Below are positions 38,021 to 48,612 of a stretch of DNA of 64,000 nt, one piece after another. Origin of the DNA: Vicugna vicugna (Eukaryota); NCBI GenBank assembly GCA_013265495.1, contig MU058198.1:5843779-5907778 (forward strand). Reading direction: 5' to 3'. The notes under the pieces are model-generated. The model saw nothing but the letters and a program-made list of their open reading frames with translations. It did not search any database and was not told the origin of the DNA. Position 1 is the stretch's first letter. Each line of letters begins with the position of its first letter. The position numbers and the translations under genes were made by a program.

Positions 38021-39446
38021 GTAGGAGAACAGGCTGGGGAGGATGCTTCAGACTGCGTGTACCAGGAAGTAGGATTCAAGATGTCTGGGAAGATAAGGAT
38101 ATTCGGGGGCTTTTGGTGTTGCCCGTGGGAAGTCAAGAAGGTTTCAGTAGCTTCATGTGGTCATTAGGAGCCCAGAGGCTTTCACTTCCCTCTCCTTGGC
38201 TTCCATGACAGTTCTTTCAGCCTGTGGTGGGTTCTTCTGGGGTTGGTCTCTTGGTTTTTTTCCCCTCCTTTGGGAGATGATCCCTGAGGTCACCTGCATG
38301 TCATCTCCTGGGGAGGCAACTGTACCAGGGTAGGGGGCCAAAAGGAGAGGAGGAGGGGGACAGGCTTCCTGTGTCTTCCTCTTAAGAGCAGGAAACTGCC
38401 CCCAAAGCACCAGTCTATCTCTCAATTCTCATTGGCTTGACTTATATCACAGCCTCTTTCCTAAACCACTCACCTATAAGGGAGTGAGAATACTTGAGAT
38501 CAACCAGGTGGCCACCCCTGGGCTAGCTTCCCCAATGTGATGGCCACATGGGGTTTGTCTGAGCACTATCAGTGTTCTCTAGGAAGGAGGGAGGGGGATA
38601 TAGGTCCTGTCTAGAACAGAATGTCCAAGTGTCCTCAATTCTCCAGGGACCCTGGGGCAGGCTCTGGAGTCCATTGGTGCTGGCTTTGAACACTGGCTCT
38701 GCCACTTACCTGTAGTGTAGAGTTAACAAGTTGCTTAACTTCTCTGAGCCTCAGTTTCCTCCTGTGGGTTATGGCAGTGGTTACCTAATGGGGCTGATGT
38801 TTGCAATTCACAGAGGCAGTACATGTGAAGTGTATATTACAGCATCCTGCATGTAGTAAGTGTTTTATGTATCAGTTAGCTTTTGCTGTGTAGCAAATCA
38901 TCCCCGTTATTTAGAGCGATAAATAATAGCTCTTGCTTCTGCAGGTGTGCAGTTGGGCTTAGCTCAGCCGTAGGGGTAGAGGAATCCTACACCAGGCTTG
39001 GGTGCAGATCTTGGCTGGGCCTGTACCAGTGGCCTCACTCACAAGTCTGGCAGTTGGCTAACTCTCACCTGTGGCCAGGGAGGTTACTAAACCATATATG
39101 TGTCTCTGGTCCTCCAGCAGGCTGACCCAGTTGGCACAGTGTGTCACTTCTACTACATTCTATTGGTCAAAACAAGTCACATGGCTAAGCCAGATTCAAG
39201 GGATGAAAGGAGCTTCAGGGAATTGTGGCCATTTTTGCCATCAGCCACAGCAACATATTAGGGCAGTCTCATTCATTCTTAGGAAACTGAGGCTCAGAGA
39301 GTGGAAGTGACCTGATCAGACCTCAGACTTACATGATGTCAAGACTCACAGTCTTTTCACAGGAAACCTGTGCTGAGCATCCCTGGATGCCAGGCTGGGC
39401 AGGAAGCCCTCGCTGCTCTGTTTCATTGACTGTCTCTATGTTTTAG

Positions 39447-39496
39447 GTGTCACTGTGGGGGAAGCGGTCCCGAGTCCAGGAACCAGCCAAGTGCCC
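39447..39496 (+). CDS. IL4R: IL4R coding exon 8: VSLWGKRSRVQEPAKC(P)
   Basis: Acceptor TTTTAG|GTG and donor CC|GTATGT; 50 nt; preserves the frame into the last exon. Confidence 0.93.
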
Positions 39497-40295
39497 GTAT
39501 GTATACAAACTTAGGTCATAGCCTCCCTGGATTTGGAAGGGGGTGGAATTGGGGTGGTGGGCCCCATCTGGAGAATGGGGTCACACCCACAACATGTCTG
39601 TTTTCTCTTCCTTGGTGTTCATCACATGGCCTGTGACACTGGGCTCTGAGGGGTGGCAGGGGAAGGAGTGGTCTGGGTAGGTTGGCTGCTGGCTTAGCCA
39701 CCTGAGTTCAACTTGGGGGTCAGGCACATGCTGAACCCCTTTGGGATGCCCAGTCTTTCCTGAGCAAGGCTGACGGAGGTAACAACCAGGGCAGCTGTAC
39801 CAGTTGTTAAACTGTTGACATAGTGGTATACTGGCTGGCAAATGCCACTGTCCTGAACCCCTGGGCATGTCACCATCTCCCTGGCCCTCATAGTCTCTCT
39901 CTCAGGGCCTCCCAGACCTACCCATAATCCAGCAAGCAAAGGTACCCGCAATCTAGCACAGCAGGGGACTCCAGGGTGCTGCCCCAGCCCTAGGACTCTC
40001 CAGCCATTCTAACTGGTCATGACTTACGCTGTGGTATTAATAAGTATTTTAAATATCATCATCCCTGACACTTTTCCTTATTCAATATATTATATGCCAG
40101 GCTCCAGAAATCCCAAAGACACAGGCTCTGCCTTCAAGGCGTTCCCAATCTAGTAGTAAGGGTAGACTAACAGGTTATTGATTATAACGTCTGGAGGCAT
40201 ATTTGCAATAGACTGACATCAGGCTGGGCTTTGAAGGATGAATAGGAGTTTTTCAAGTGGAGAAACTGATCCCTGATCAAACTTTGCTTTTACAG

Positions 40296-41844
40296 GCACT
40301 GGAAGACTTGTCTTACCAAGCTCTTGCCCTGTTTCCTAGAGCATGGCATGGAAAAGGATGAGGATTCCTCTAAGGCTGCCAGAAATGGGCTTTCCCAGGG
40401 TCCTAGAAAATCAGCCTGGCACCCTGTAGAGGTCAGCAAGACCATCCTCTGGCCAGAGAGCATCAGTGTGGTGCGCTGCGTGGAGCTGTTTGAGGCCCCA
40501 GTGGAGAATGAGGAGGAGGAAGTAGAGGAAGATAAAGGGAGCTTCTGCCCATCGCCTGAGAGCAGTGGGGGCAGTTTCCAGGAGGGCAGGGAGGGCATTG
40601 CAGCCCGGCTGACAGAGAGCCTGTTCCTGGACCTTCTCGGGGGTGAAAATGGGGGCCTTAGCCCGCAGGGCTTGGAGGAGTCCTGCCTTCTTCCATCTTC
40701 AGAAGATGCAACTACTCAGATGCCTTGGGCCGAGTTCCCAAGTGTAGGGCCCCAGAAGGCATCGTCAAGTCCTCCAGCCACTCTGACTCAGATCCCATCC
40801 AGCCTGGCTTTCCCCGAGATGCCCGCTGTCATCGCCAACAACCCCGCTTACCGCAGCTTTAGCACCTGCCTGAACCAGTCCTCTGGCTCTGAAGAGTGTG
40901 ACTCAGACCCACAGCCAGCTGAGCGCTGGGGGAACGTGGAGCCTGGCACCCCCGCCGCCTCCCAGCTCTCTGAGCCACTCGCTGCACTCCAGGCTGATCC
41001 AGAAACCTGGGAGGAGATCCTGCGTCAGAGTGTCCTCCAGCACAGGACGGCCCCGGCCGCCGCCTCGGCCCCCGGCAGTGGCTATCGGGAGTTCGTGCGC
41101 GCGGTGAGGGAGGGCAATGCCCAGGACAGTGGGGCGGCGGGCCTTGGCCCTTCTGGGGAAGCTGGGTACAAGGCCTTCTCCAGCCTGCTCACTGGCAGTG
41201 CCATCTGCCTAGGGACATCTGGGGTGGAGCCTGGCAGTGGGCAAGGGGGCTACAAGCCCTTCCGGAGCCTCACTCCTGGCTGCCCCGGGACCCCTGCTGC
41301 AGCCCCCATCCCCTCGTTCACCTTTGGACTGGACGTGGAGCCCCCCCACAGCCCTCAGGACTTGCTCTTCCCAGGCCGCTCCGCAGAGTGTCCTAGTTTG
41401 GAGCCAGTGGTGAAGGGAGAAGACGGCCAGAAGCCCCTGCACTCCCCGGAGCAGGCCCCAGACCCCCTCAGGGACGAAAACGACCTGGGCAGCGGCATTG
41501 TCTACTCAGCCCTCACCTGCCACCTGTGCGGCCACCTGAAGCAGTGCCACGGCCAGGAGGAGCGTGGCAAGACCCACGTCATGGCCAGCCCCTGCTGTGG
41601 CTGCTGTTGTGGAGACAGGTCCTCACCCCTAGTGAGCCCCCTGAGGTCCCCGGACTCCCTGCCTGGGGGGGTTCCACCGGAGACCAGCCTCTGTCTGGCC
41701 TCCCTAGCCCCCTTGGGTGTCTCAGAGGAGGGTAAGTTTCCCCTGTCCTTCCAGACTGCCCCCAGCAATGCTCAGAGCTCCAGCCAGCCCCCTGCAGCGG
41801 TGGCTGTGCTCTCCCCAGGGCCCACGTGCACGGACGCTTCCTAG
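40296..41844 (+). CDS. IL4R: IL4R last coding exon: cytoplasmic domain with acidic region, I4R motif (Y485), STAT6 sites (Y563, Y591, Y619) and ITIM (Y703)
   Basis: Acceptor TTACAG|G; same frame as the 506-aa ORF at 40324-41844; contains NPAYRSF, GYREF, GYKAF, GYKPF and GIVYSALTCHLCGHLKQCH; stop TAG at 41842-41844. Confidence 0.98.
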
Positions 41845-42807
41845 GTGTGTGCCCTCTTGCTGAAGTCTACAGGTGAGGACTGGGTCTTACCCAGGCCTGT
41901 GAAACGCCTCCCCCTGGAAGTCAGCCAGGCTGGCAGAGTTCCGAAAGACTCGGAGAACCCTGGGATGAAGTTGTGAAGCTGTCCAACACCGGACAGAGAT
42001 TACAGACTGGACACCCCTAGCTCCGAACATTGGCCCGGCCTCGCCACGTCCCCTGGGAGTGAGGGTGCCAGGCAGCTCTGCCCACAGCAGGCACCTTCAG
42101 GGATCAGATGGTTCCTGGGGACCTTGGTTTGTGAACGAGCCGTCGGCCATTTCATCAGTCCACAGCTGCTCCAGTGGACTATCCCTGTCAAGCCTGCTCA
42201 AAGCGTGTTTTGTCCACCAAATCTCTCTGTTGCCCATGCCTTGCCCAGTCCTGAGATTGGCTGCTGCCATGTCATGGATTAGATGCTGAGCTTGGAAACT
42301 TAACCAAGCCAGTGGGAGAATGACTTGGGAGGCCTTGGGAAATTGATGTCCAGAAAGGGTAGTCATTTGCCCATTCATTTAACAGAGCTTCATGGTGTCA
42401 AGGCACTGGGGGCAGTCTGAGCTGTGGAGAGGTGCTTAGTTGAGTGGGGTAACAGAGGACATGAAAAATTGTGATTAACCAAGCAGTGACAATTTCCCAC
42501 CCAGCTGTAAGGCCAGGGGCTCCGGTTAAGCACTGGATCCCCAGAATAAGTATGCAAAGCGACCTTGGGGCTCGCATGTGCCCCCGTGGATGCTGTTGCT
42601 GGCATCGGTGGTACAGAGGGAGGAGCTGACATCCCCTGATCCAGCGAGCTGGGCGTTCCAGGTGCTGACATCAGACACATCACTTGCACATCTGTCCAGA
42701 CCCCAAGTTGAGAAATGCTTGTTTGTGTGCACTTCAGAGATTGTTTCATTACCTGGTATTTGCGTTTGCCTAGGAGGGAGGAACGGGAGAGGATGGAGTT
42801 TTGTAGA

Positions 42808-42813
42808 AATAAA
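42808..42813 (+). terminator. IL4R: IL4R polyadenylation signal (3' UTR ~41845-42830)
   Basis: AATAAA about 960 nt after the stop codon, followed by a T-rich tract. A second hexamer ATTAAA lies at 42843. Confidence 0.8.
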
Positions 42814-44456
42814 AGTTCTTTATCTCCTTTTTTCTTCCTTTCATTAAACAAACACCCTGCCAGGCACTGTTGTGAGCACTTTATCTCTGTTAACTCATTG
42901 AATTCTCCCAGCCAAAGGAACCGAGATCCAAGAGATTAAATAACATGTTATCTCTTCTTGGGTTTCCCTGAGACCGGGACTCAAGTGCAGTTTGTGGATA
43001 TAGGAGGCGATCCCAGGAAACTCTGCGTGGAGAGTGGGGAAGGGAGGCTGAGAAGGGCAGGAGGCACACGAGGAAGACAGCACACAGAGTAACCGATACT
43101 TCACCCTGCTGAGGAGCTTTGGAAAGGCACGCCCAGCGCATGCCTTGAGGTGGGAAGCTGGGCTACTTGTCTACCAGCTCCCAGCTGTCATTGGTTGAGG
43201 ACTGCTTTCAGGGGTGTTAATTCCCCAACACTTCAGCTGCTCCAGGAAAAAAGTCCTCAGACTGAGAGTGATGGGTGTTTGAGCAGTTCTCAGTGCACGG
43301 AGATGTGGATGGGGCTGGGACGACAGCTGCTACTTTGCCAAGGTCACACACCTAGTGGCAGACCCAAGACCGAGTTCAGGCAGTGTCTCTGGTGCCCAGG
43401 CTCTCTGTGGGTGATCTGTGCTTGACATCCAGGTGGACGGTGTATAGAATGGACCTCAGACAGGCAGGCAGGGGATCTTAAGCTCCTTTGTGATCACTGT
43501 GTGTCTCTGGGTAGCTGCCCCGAATGCCATGCTTGCAAAATGAGGGGCTCGGCTCATTTGAGGTTCCTTCCTGCTCTGATATTCTGTGTAATGCACTAGA
43601 GGTGATGGGAGCTCACCACCTCACAAGCAGCCTGACGTTTGTGAGAAGTGCCTCCTTTGTGCAGAGCCCAAATCTATCCCTTCCGCTGCCTGAGTCACCA
43701 CCGCACGCACCTGGTTTACCAATGGGGAAGCTTAGCTCTGGAGAGGAAAAGGGACTTGCCCAAGGTCACGCGGTGAGTGGCAGATCCTGAACTAGCCCTC
43801 TGAACCTTTTGCCTTCAAGAGCTTTTTATGATGAAATATAATAATTTAAAATAAAAATAACCATTTAGAACAAAGCACTACATTGTGATATTCATCGACT
43901 ATGTCACAGCTCTAGTGAGCAGGTTGAAGGGAGCAGGCCCAGAGACGTTGAGGTTTAGCTTAGTGCCACACAGCTCGGAAGTCCTGGAGTCAGGATTTGA
44001 GCCCAGGCCTGACTGCAGCGCTCCCAGCCACCATGGGGTGCTGTTTCATGCACAGCAAAGAGCCAACTCGAAAGTCAGCCCTGGTCCACTTAGCCTCAGT
44101 GTCATCTCGGAAAATCAAAATTTAAAACTAAGCAGCAAACAGAAAATACATTTGTGTGAGTGCCGGAGAGGTGGCTGGGTTGCAAGTCCAACAGAATTGA
44201 GAAGGGTCTTCAGGGTGTAAAGCCTCAGACCCCCATCTCTGCCATGTCCCCTTTATCCTCCCTGGGCCTTTGTTTCCTCTTTTGTAAAATTCGCATTGGA
44301 GGGTTGTCCTGAAGATCGTCTATGTTATCATCACCTCCTGGGTTTACTCCGACCTGGCAGGGGCACAGGTGACAAGAGTGAAAAGGTACAAACAGCTCAG
44401 AAATCTAGAATTCTCAGCCCTGGCCACTGTTCTGGGCTGCCTCCTGTGCGCGTGCA

Positions 44457-44500
<44 letters not shown>
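44457..44500. repeat. (CA)n microsatellite
   Basis: About 21 perfect CA units. Confidence 0.97.
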
Positions 44501-44503
<3 letters not shown>

Positions 44504-44607
44504 GCCTGCCATTCAGTAAACAACAAATATTGCCCACCACCAAACACCTCTGAGGGCACACCTTGAGGGGAACTCAGGATGGAGAAAGGACACACTGGCC
44601 CTAAATG

Positions 44608-44940
44608 GTTACGATGTACATCAAAGGAATCATTTCAATAAGCCCAGACTCTCGCATCTTCTCATACATAGAAAACCATTAAAATCATTAGCTTGAGATG
44701 TCAGTTTTTTGTGATTAGCAGACATCTTTTGATGTTCAACTACATTTTTTGTTTCCCCTCAGCAAATACTCCTGTATATCCTGTCTCTTCCGTGACCTCT
44801 TTGGAACAGATCCTCAGAGGTATCTGAGAGGCTGTGTCCCGGGCTATATGGCTCTCAGTAATGTCCCTGAATGAAAAAACATAATTCTCAACTTTGAGGT
44901 TGTGTGTTTTTTTTGTTTGTTTTTTGTTTTCAGTAGACTC
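44608..44940 (+). mobile_element. ERV1-type LTR fragment
   Basis: CTCTTTGGAACAG.TCCTCAGAG.TATCTGAGAGGCTGT.TCCCGGGCTATA resembles MER34/MER39-group LTR 3' regions as recalled. Confidence 0.55.
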
Positions 44941-45269
44941 TCCAAACCTCCCTGGTAAGCCCCTGACGACTCCCGCTGCAGCTGGCTAATTCTCCCCCCA
45001 GCCCCCCATGCCATCTGGCTCATGCCTGCTCCTCCGTGGGTCAGGGCTTCCCCACACTGGCCCTGGCAAGTCCCTCCTTCATTCAAATATTTATTAATTA
45101 CTCCCTGAGATCACTTGCTAAAACAAAACTAAACTTCTCAAATTATGAATGTGGATCAAACTTCTACCTTAGATTTTTAGGAAAGGAGTCAGAAAAAAAA
45201 AAAGAGAACATTGGTTCAAAGAATAATCTTAGGAAGGGATTTTACAGCGAGACAAAGGAGAGTCTAGAA

Positions 45270-45474
45270 TGGTGCTGTCCAACAGAACTTTTTGCTGTGA
45301 CGGAAAACTTTCACTCTGTCCAATACAGCGGCACTAGCCACGTGTGGCTGTTAGGCACTTGAAACGTGGCTAGTGTGACTGAGGAACTGATTTTTTTTTT
45401 TTAGTTTTATTGAATTAACATTTAAATTTAAATAGCCACAAGTGTCTACTGATTACAGTATTGGTCAGTACAGG
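45270..45474 (+). mobile_element. MER3-like hAT transposon fossil
   Basis: TGCTGTCCAACAGAACTTT...ACTAGCCACGTGTGGCT...GTGGCTAGTGTGACTGAGGAACTGA...TATTGGTCAGTACAG. Confidence 0.75.
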
Positions 45475-46680
45475 GCTGGTAGATCATTTGAGTTCAACAT
45501 TATAACTTTATCAGTTGCCTCAGCGTGGAGGGGAGAGGAAAGGATCCAGAAAGATGAAACTAGAGACAAGAGGAATGAGCTAAGTAAAATGTTTGCCCCA
45601 AGAGCCACGGAGGGACAGCGTCTAGCGGATCAGGTGGGCCCAATGCAGGACCACCCCCTCGCCTGAGCCGGAAGTAGGCAGCAGGTGTGGGCTGAGAGAG
45701 ATGCCCGGAGCAGGAGTTTCCCGGCTCCCCCCGCGGGGCTGGACCAGATGTGCGGAGAGCAGGAGGGGTGCTCCAGGGTAGCAGAAGCACCAGAAGGGGC
45801 CACGCGTGGCTGGGGACTCGTTGGAAGACCTCAGCAGAACCCGGAAACCCTCCAGAGGCATTGATTTCGGGGCCCTCCGCCCCAACCCCACACACCCCAA
45901 GCTTTGATTTTACAAAGATTTTTCCAGGGGGTGGAGGTGGCGGGTGGTGGTTGTTTCCGCTTTAGTTCTTTTTTTTTTTTTAAACAAAAACCCTACCTAT
46001 TGCTTTTTTTCTGATTACTAAATTGGCATGTGCCAGCCTTCTCCGATTCAGAGAAAACCTAAACGTATAAATAGGAAAGTGAAAACCACCGGAAATCCCA
46101 TCCCCCGCTTCAGCACCTGGCGCCGTGTGGGCGGTCCCGAAGTGCATCTTTGTTTTTGAAGGTGTATCTCCCTTAACATCCTGTTGAATAACCTTTCTGA
46201 CATTATTTTCCCACGAAAGTTACTAATTTAAAAAAAAACACACAAATACAAACAGCAAGAAGTTTCTGAGCCCTCACTGCAAGGGAGGTATGACCCCACT
46301 GGATCAGAACCAGAGACTTTTCCATGATGTACCCTGACTCCTAACCACTCGTCTGCCATTTGTCTAGGTTCTTATACCCCTTTACAGGTGAGAGCACTGA
46401 GACTCTGCAGTCATCCTGTCTCCGTTTGAACCTGCCGTTGCCAATTCAGACCTGTGTGACCCCGGGCAAAGTACACGGCAAGGTGAGGAGCAGATGTCTT
46501 GACGGTTGGGGGCCAGGCGGTGCCCAGCTGCTCCTGTGATTGACATGCCTGAGCTCCTTGACAGCAACCGGACAGGGCCAGTTCCTCCTCAAAATCCCCT
46601 CCTTTCCACAATGTTTATTGACAAGCTGAGGACAGCCGGCCTGCGATCAGATTGGCTGGAGGCCAGCTCCTTGGCTCCTG

Positions 46681-46694
46681 CTGCCCCCTAGTGG
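46681..46694 (-). promoter_or_regulatory. Candidate CTCF binding site
   Basis: CTGCCCCCTAGTGG (CCACTAGGGGGCAG on the minus strand) matches the CTCF core consensus. Confidence 0.65.
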
Positions 46695-47776
46695 TCTACT
46701 CTGGCCCCAGCGCCTGCCTCTGCACCCAGAAAGCTAAGCGTGGGAGATCACCACTCTCCCCACCTCACCTCCTCTTCATCTCTGCCTTTCCCTCCAACCC
46801 CTCCAGCACCTGGCAGAGGGCTTGACATACATTAGGAACTCAGGGTGCTTCAAGGACCAGCTGTGTGGCTCGGGGGCCATTAGTAACCTCCCTGTGCTTC
46901 CTTCCTCTTCTGTAAAATGTACTGATGTAATAATAGTACTGACATCATGGAGCTGTCGTTGGAATTAAATATGTTAATACATGTAAGGCTTAGAACGGTG
47001 CCTGCCCATAGTTAATGCTGTCTGAGTGTTTCCTAGCATTATTATTGTATTGAATGGGTCTGTGGGTGTGGTGGGGTAGGGGTATAAAACATAATTAAAG
47101 GAAATAATAACATTCTAAATTTAATGTTACTCTATTGCAAAAAGGACAGACTGGAATAAGAGAAATCTGAGACAAAAATGGTCCCAATGGCATCACCCCA
47201 CCAGCTACATTTGTGTACGGTCACATAACTTCTAGATGTGGTTCATATGTAGAGTCAGTGTTTCTATATTTGCAGAGGTTTTTATCATGCATTTCTCACC
47301 CTGTATTCATATATGATATAAAATAGGTCTTTCCAGAGAAGGAGAACAAAACAAGAGAGATCAAGATGCAGAGAGAGAAACACTAAACAAACTTCTGATC
47401 CCAGCTCCAGTTTGATACTTGACTCAAACTACAGAGTGACCTCTGACTCAAGCCATAGCCTGATTCCTGACCCATGTTATGGACCTATTCATGATCTTGG
47501 CTACACACTGACCCCAGCCACATGCTGACCCCTAGCTCTGGCCACAGAATCATCTTTGACCCCAGCCATAAACTAATCTCTGCCTCAGGCCACCCGGACC
47601 CCTCACTCCTATACACTGATACCACATTGCGTCTGGGAATTGGCATTTCCTGATTTCCAGCTAGTAAATTCAGCTCGAGTTGGTCAACATATCTGGTCTG
47701 TCTGTCCTTGCTCTCTGCCGTGGAACTGCAGAAGAAACTCTCAGTTCTCCTTTCTAATCGAAGAGAGCAGCTTTGT

Positions 47777-47900
47777 GGGGGAGGATATAGCTCAGGAATA
47801 GAATGTGGGCCTAGCATGCACAATGTCCTGAGTTCAATCCCCAGTACCTCCATTTAATAAATAAAAACCTAATTACCTACCCCCAAAACAAACAAAAAAG
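47777..47900 (+). mobile_element. tRNA-derived SINE (camelid vic-1-like)
   Basis: GGGGGAGGATATAGCTCAG...GAGTTCAATCCCCAGTACCTCCATT...ACCTAATTACC plus an A-rich tail. The flanks AAGAGAGCAGCTT and AAGATTGCAGCCTT resemble a decayed TSD. Confidence 0.85.
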
Positions 47901-48160
47901 ATTGCAGCCTTAAGAGAAAGCCCCTTTGGCACCTCTGTTCTGCTTTGAATGTGATGTCTGGTGGCTTGGCAGCCATCTTGCGATCATGAGGGGACAAACC
48001 TGGAGAAGATAGTGTTCTGAATGTGGCAGAGTGCAAGAAGAAAAGGGTCCTTGACTATATCATCAAGTGATCACACTGACCTCTGGTAAGTAAATCATAA
48101 ACATACTTTTGTTTAAACCATGTGGATTTTCTTTCACAGCCATAAAGCAGCCTTAAAAAC

Positions 48161-48612
48161 TGTAGTTGGTAGAATAATAGACACCCAAAGACATTCACAT
48201 CCTAATCTCTGTGGACATGTTACATTGCGAGGGGGAACTGAGGTTGCAAGTGGAATCAAGATTGCTAATTAACTGATCTTGAGATGGGACATTATCCTGG
48301 ATTATCTGGAGGAGCCAATATAATCACAAGGATCTTTATAAGTGAAAGAGGGATGTAGGAGAGTTAGAAGCAGAGATAGATTTGAAGATGCTGTGCTGCT
48401 GGCTTTGAAGATGGAGGAAGGGGCCACCAGCCAAGGATTTCAGGTCACCTAGAAGCTGGAAAAGTCTGGGAACTCTTGTGTCTCCAGATTTTTCAGCTCT
48501 GTGGGACCAATTTCAGACTTCTGACTGCCAGAACCGTAAGATAAAAATTCGTGTGTTTCAAGCCACTAGATCTGCAGCATTTGTTACAGCAGCAAGAAGA
48601 AACTAATCTACA
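48161..48612 (+). mobile_element. MaLR solo LTR (MLT1D-like)
   Basis: TG...CA ends; ATTATCCTGGATTATCTGG..AATATAATCACAAG...GCTGGCTTTGAAGATGGAGGAAGGGGCCA...GAAACTAAT. Confidence 0.8.

Larger units (their letters stand above)
6080..42830 (+). other. IL4R: IL4R gene span (non-coding exon 1, nine coding exons, 3' UTR); 815-aa type I cytokine receptor
   Basis: Hand-spliced GT-AG exons of 70, 139, 152, 152, 157, 100, 79, 50 and 1549 coding nt sum to 2448 nt with consistent phases. The product has a signal peptide, conserved Cys, WSEWS, a TM segment, Box1, the I4R NPAY motif, three GYxxF STAT6 docking motifs and an ITIM. TSS and cleavage site are approximate. Confidence 0.97.

Noticed and set aside
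40290..41768. Antisense and alternative-frame ORFs within the last IL4R exon
   Set aside because: These are shadows of the real GC-rich coding frame.
47777..47850. tRNA gene (also at 27600, 37130 and 52760)
   Set aside because: A and B boxes are present but there is no cloverleaf, and the A-rich tails and TSDs identify them as SINEs.
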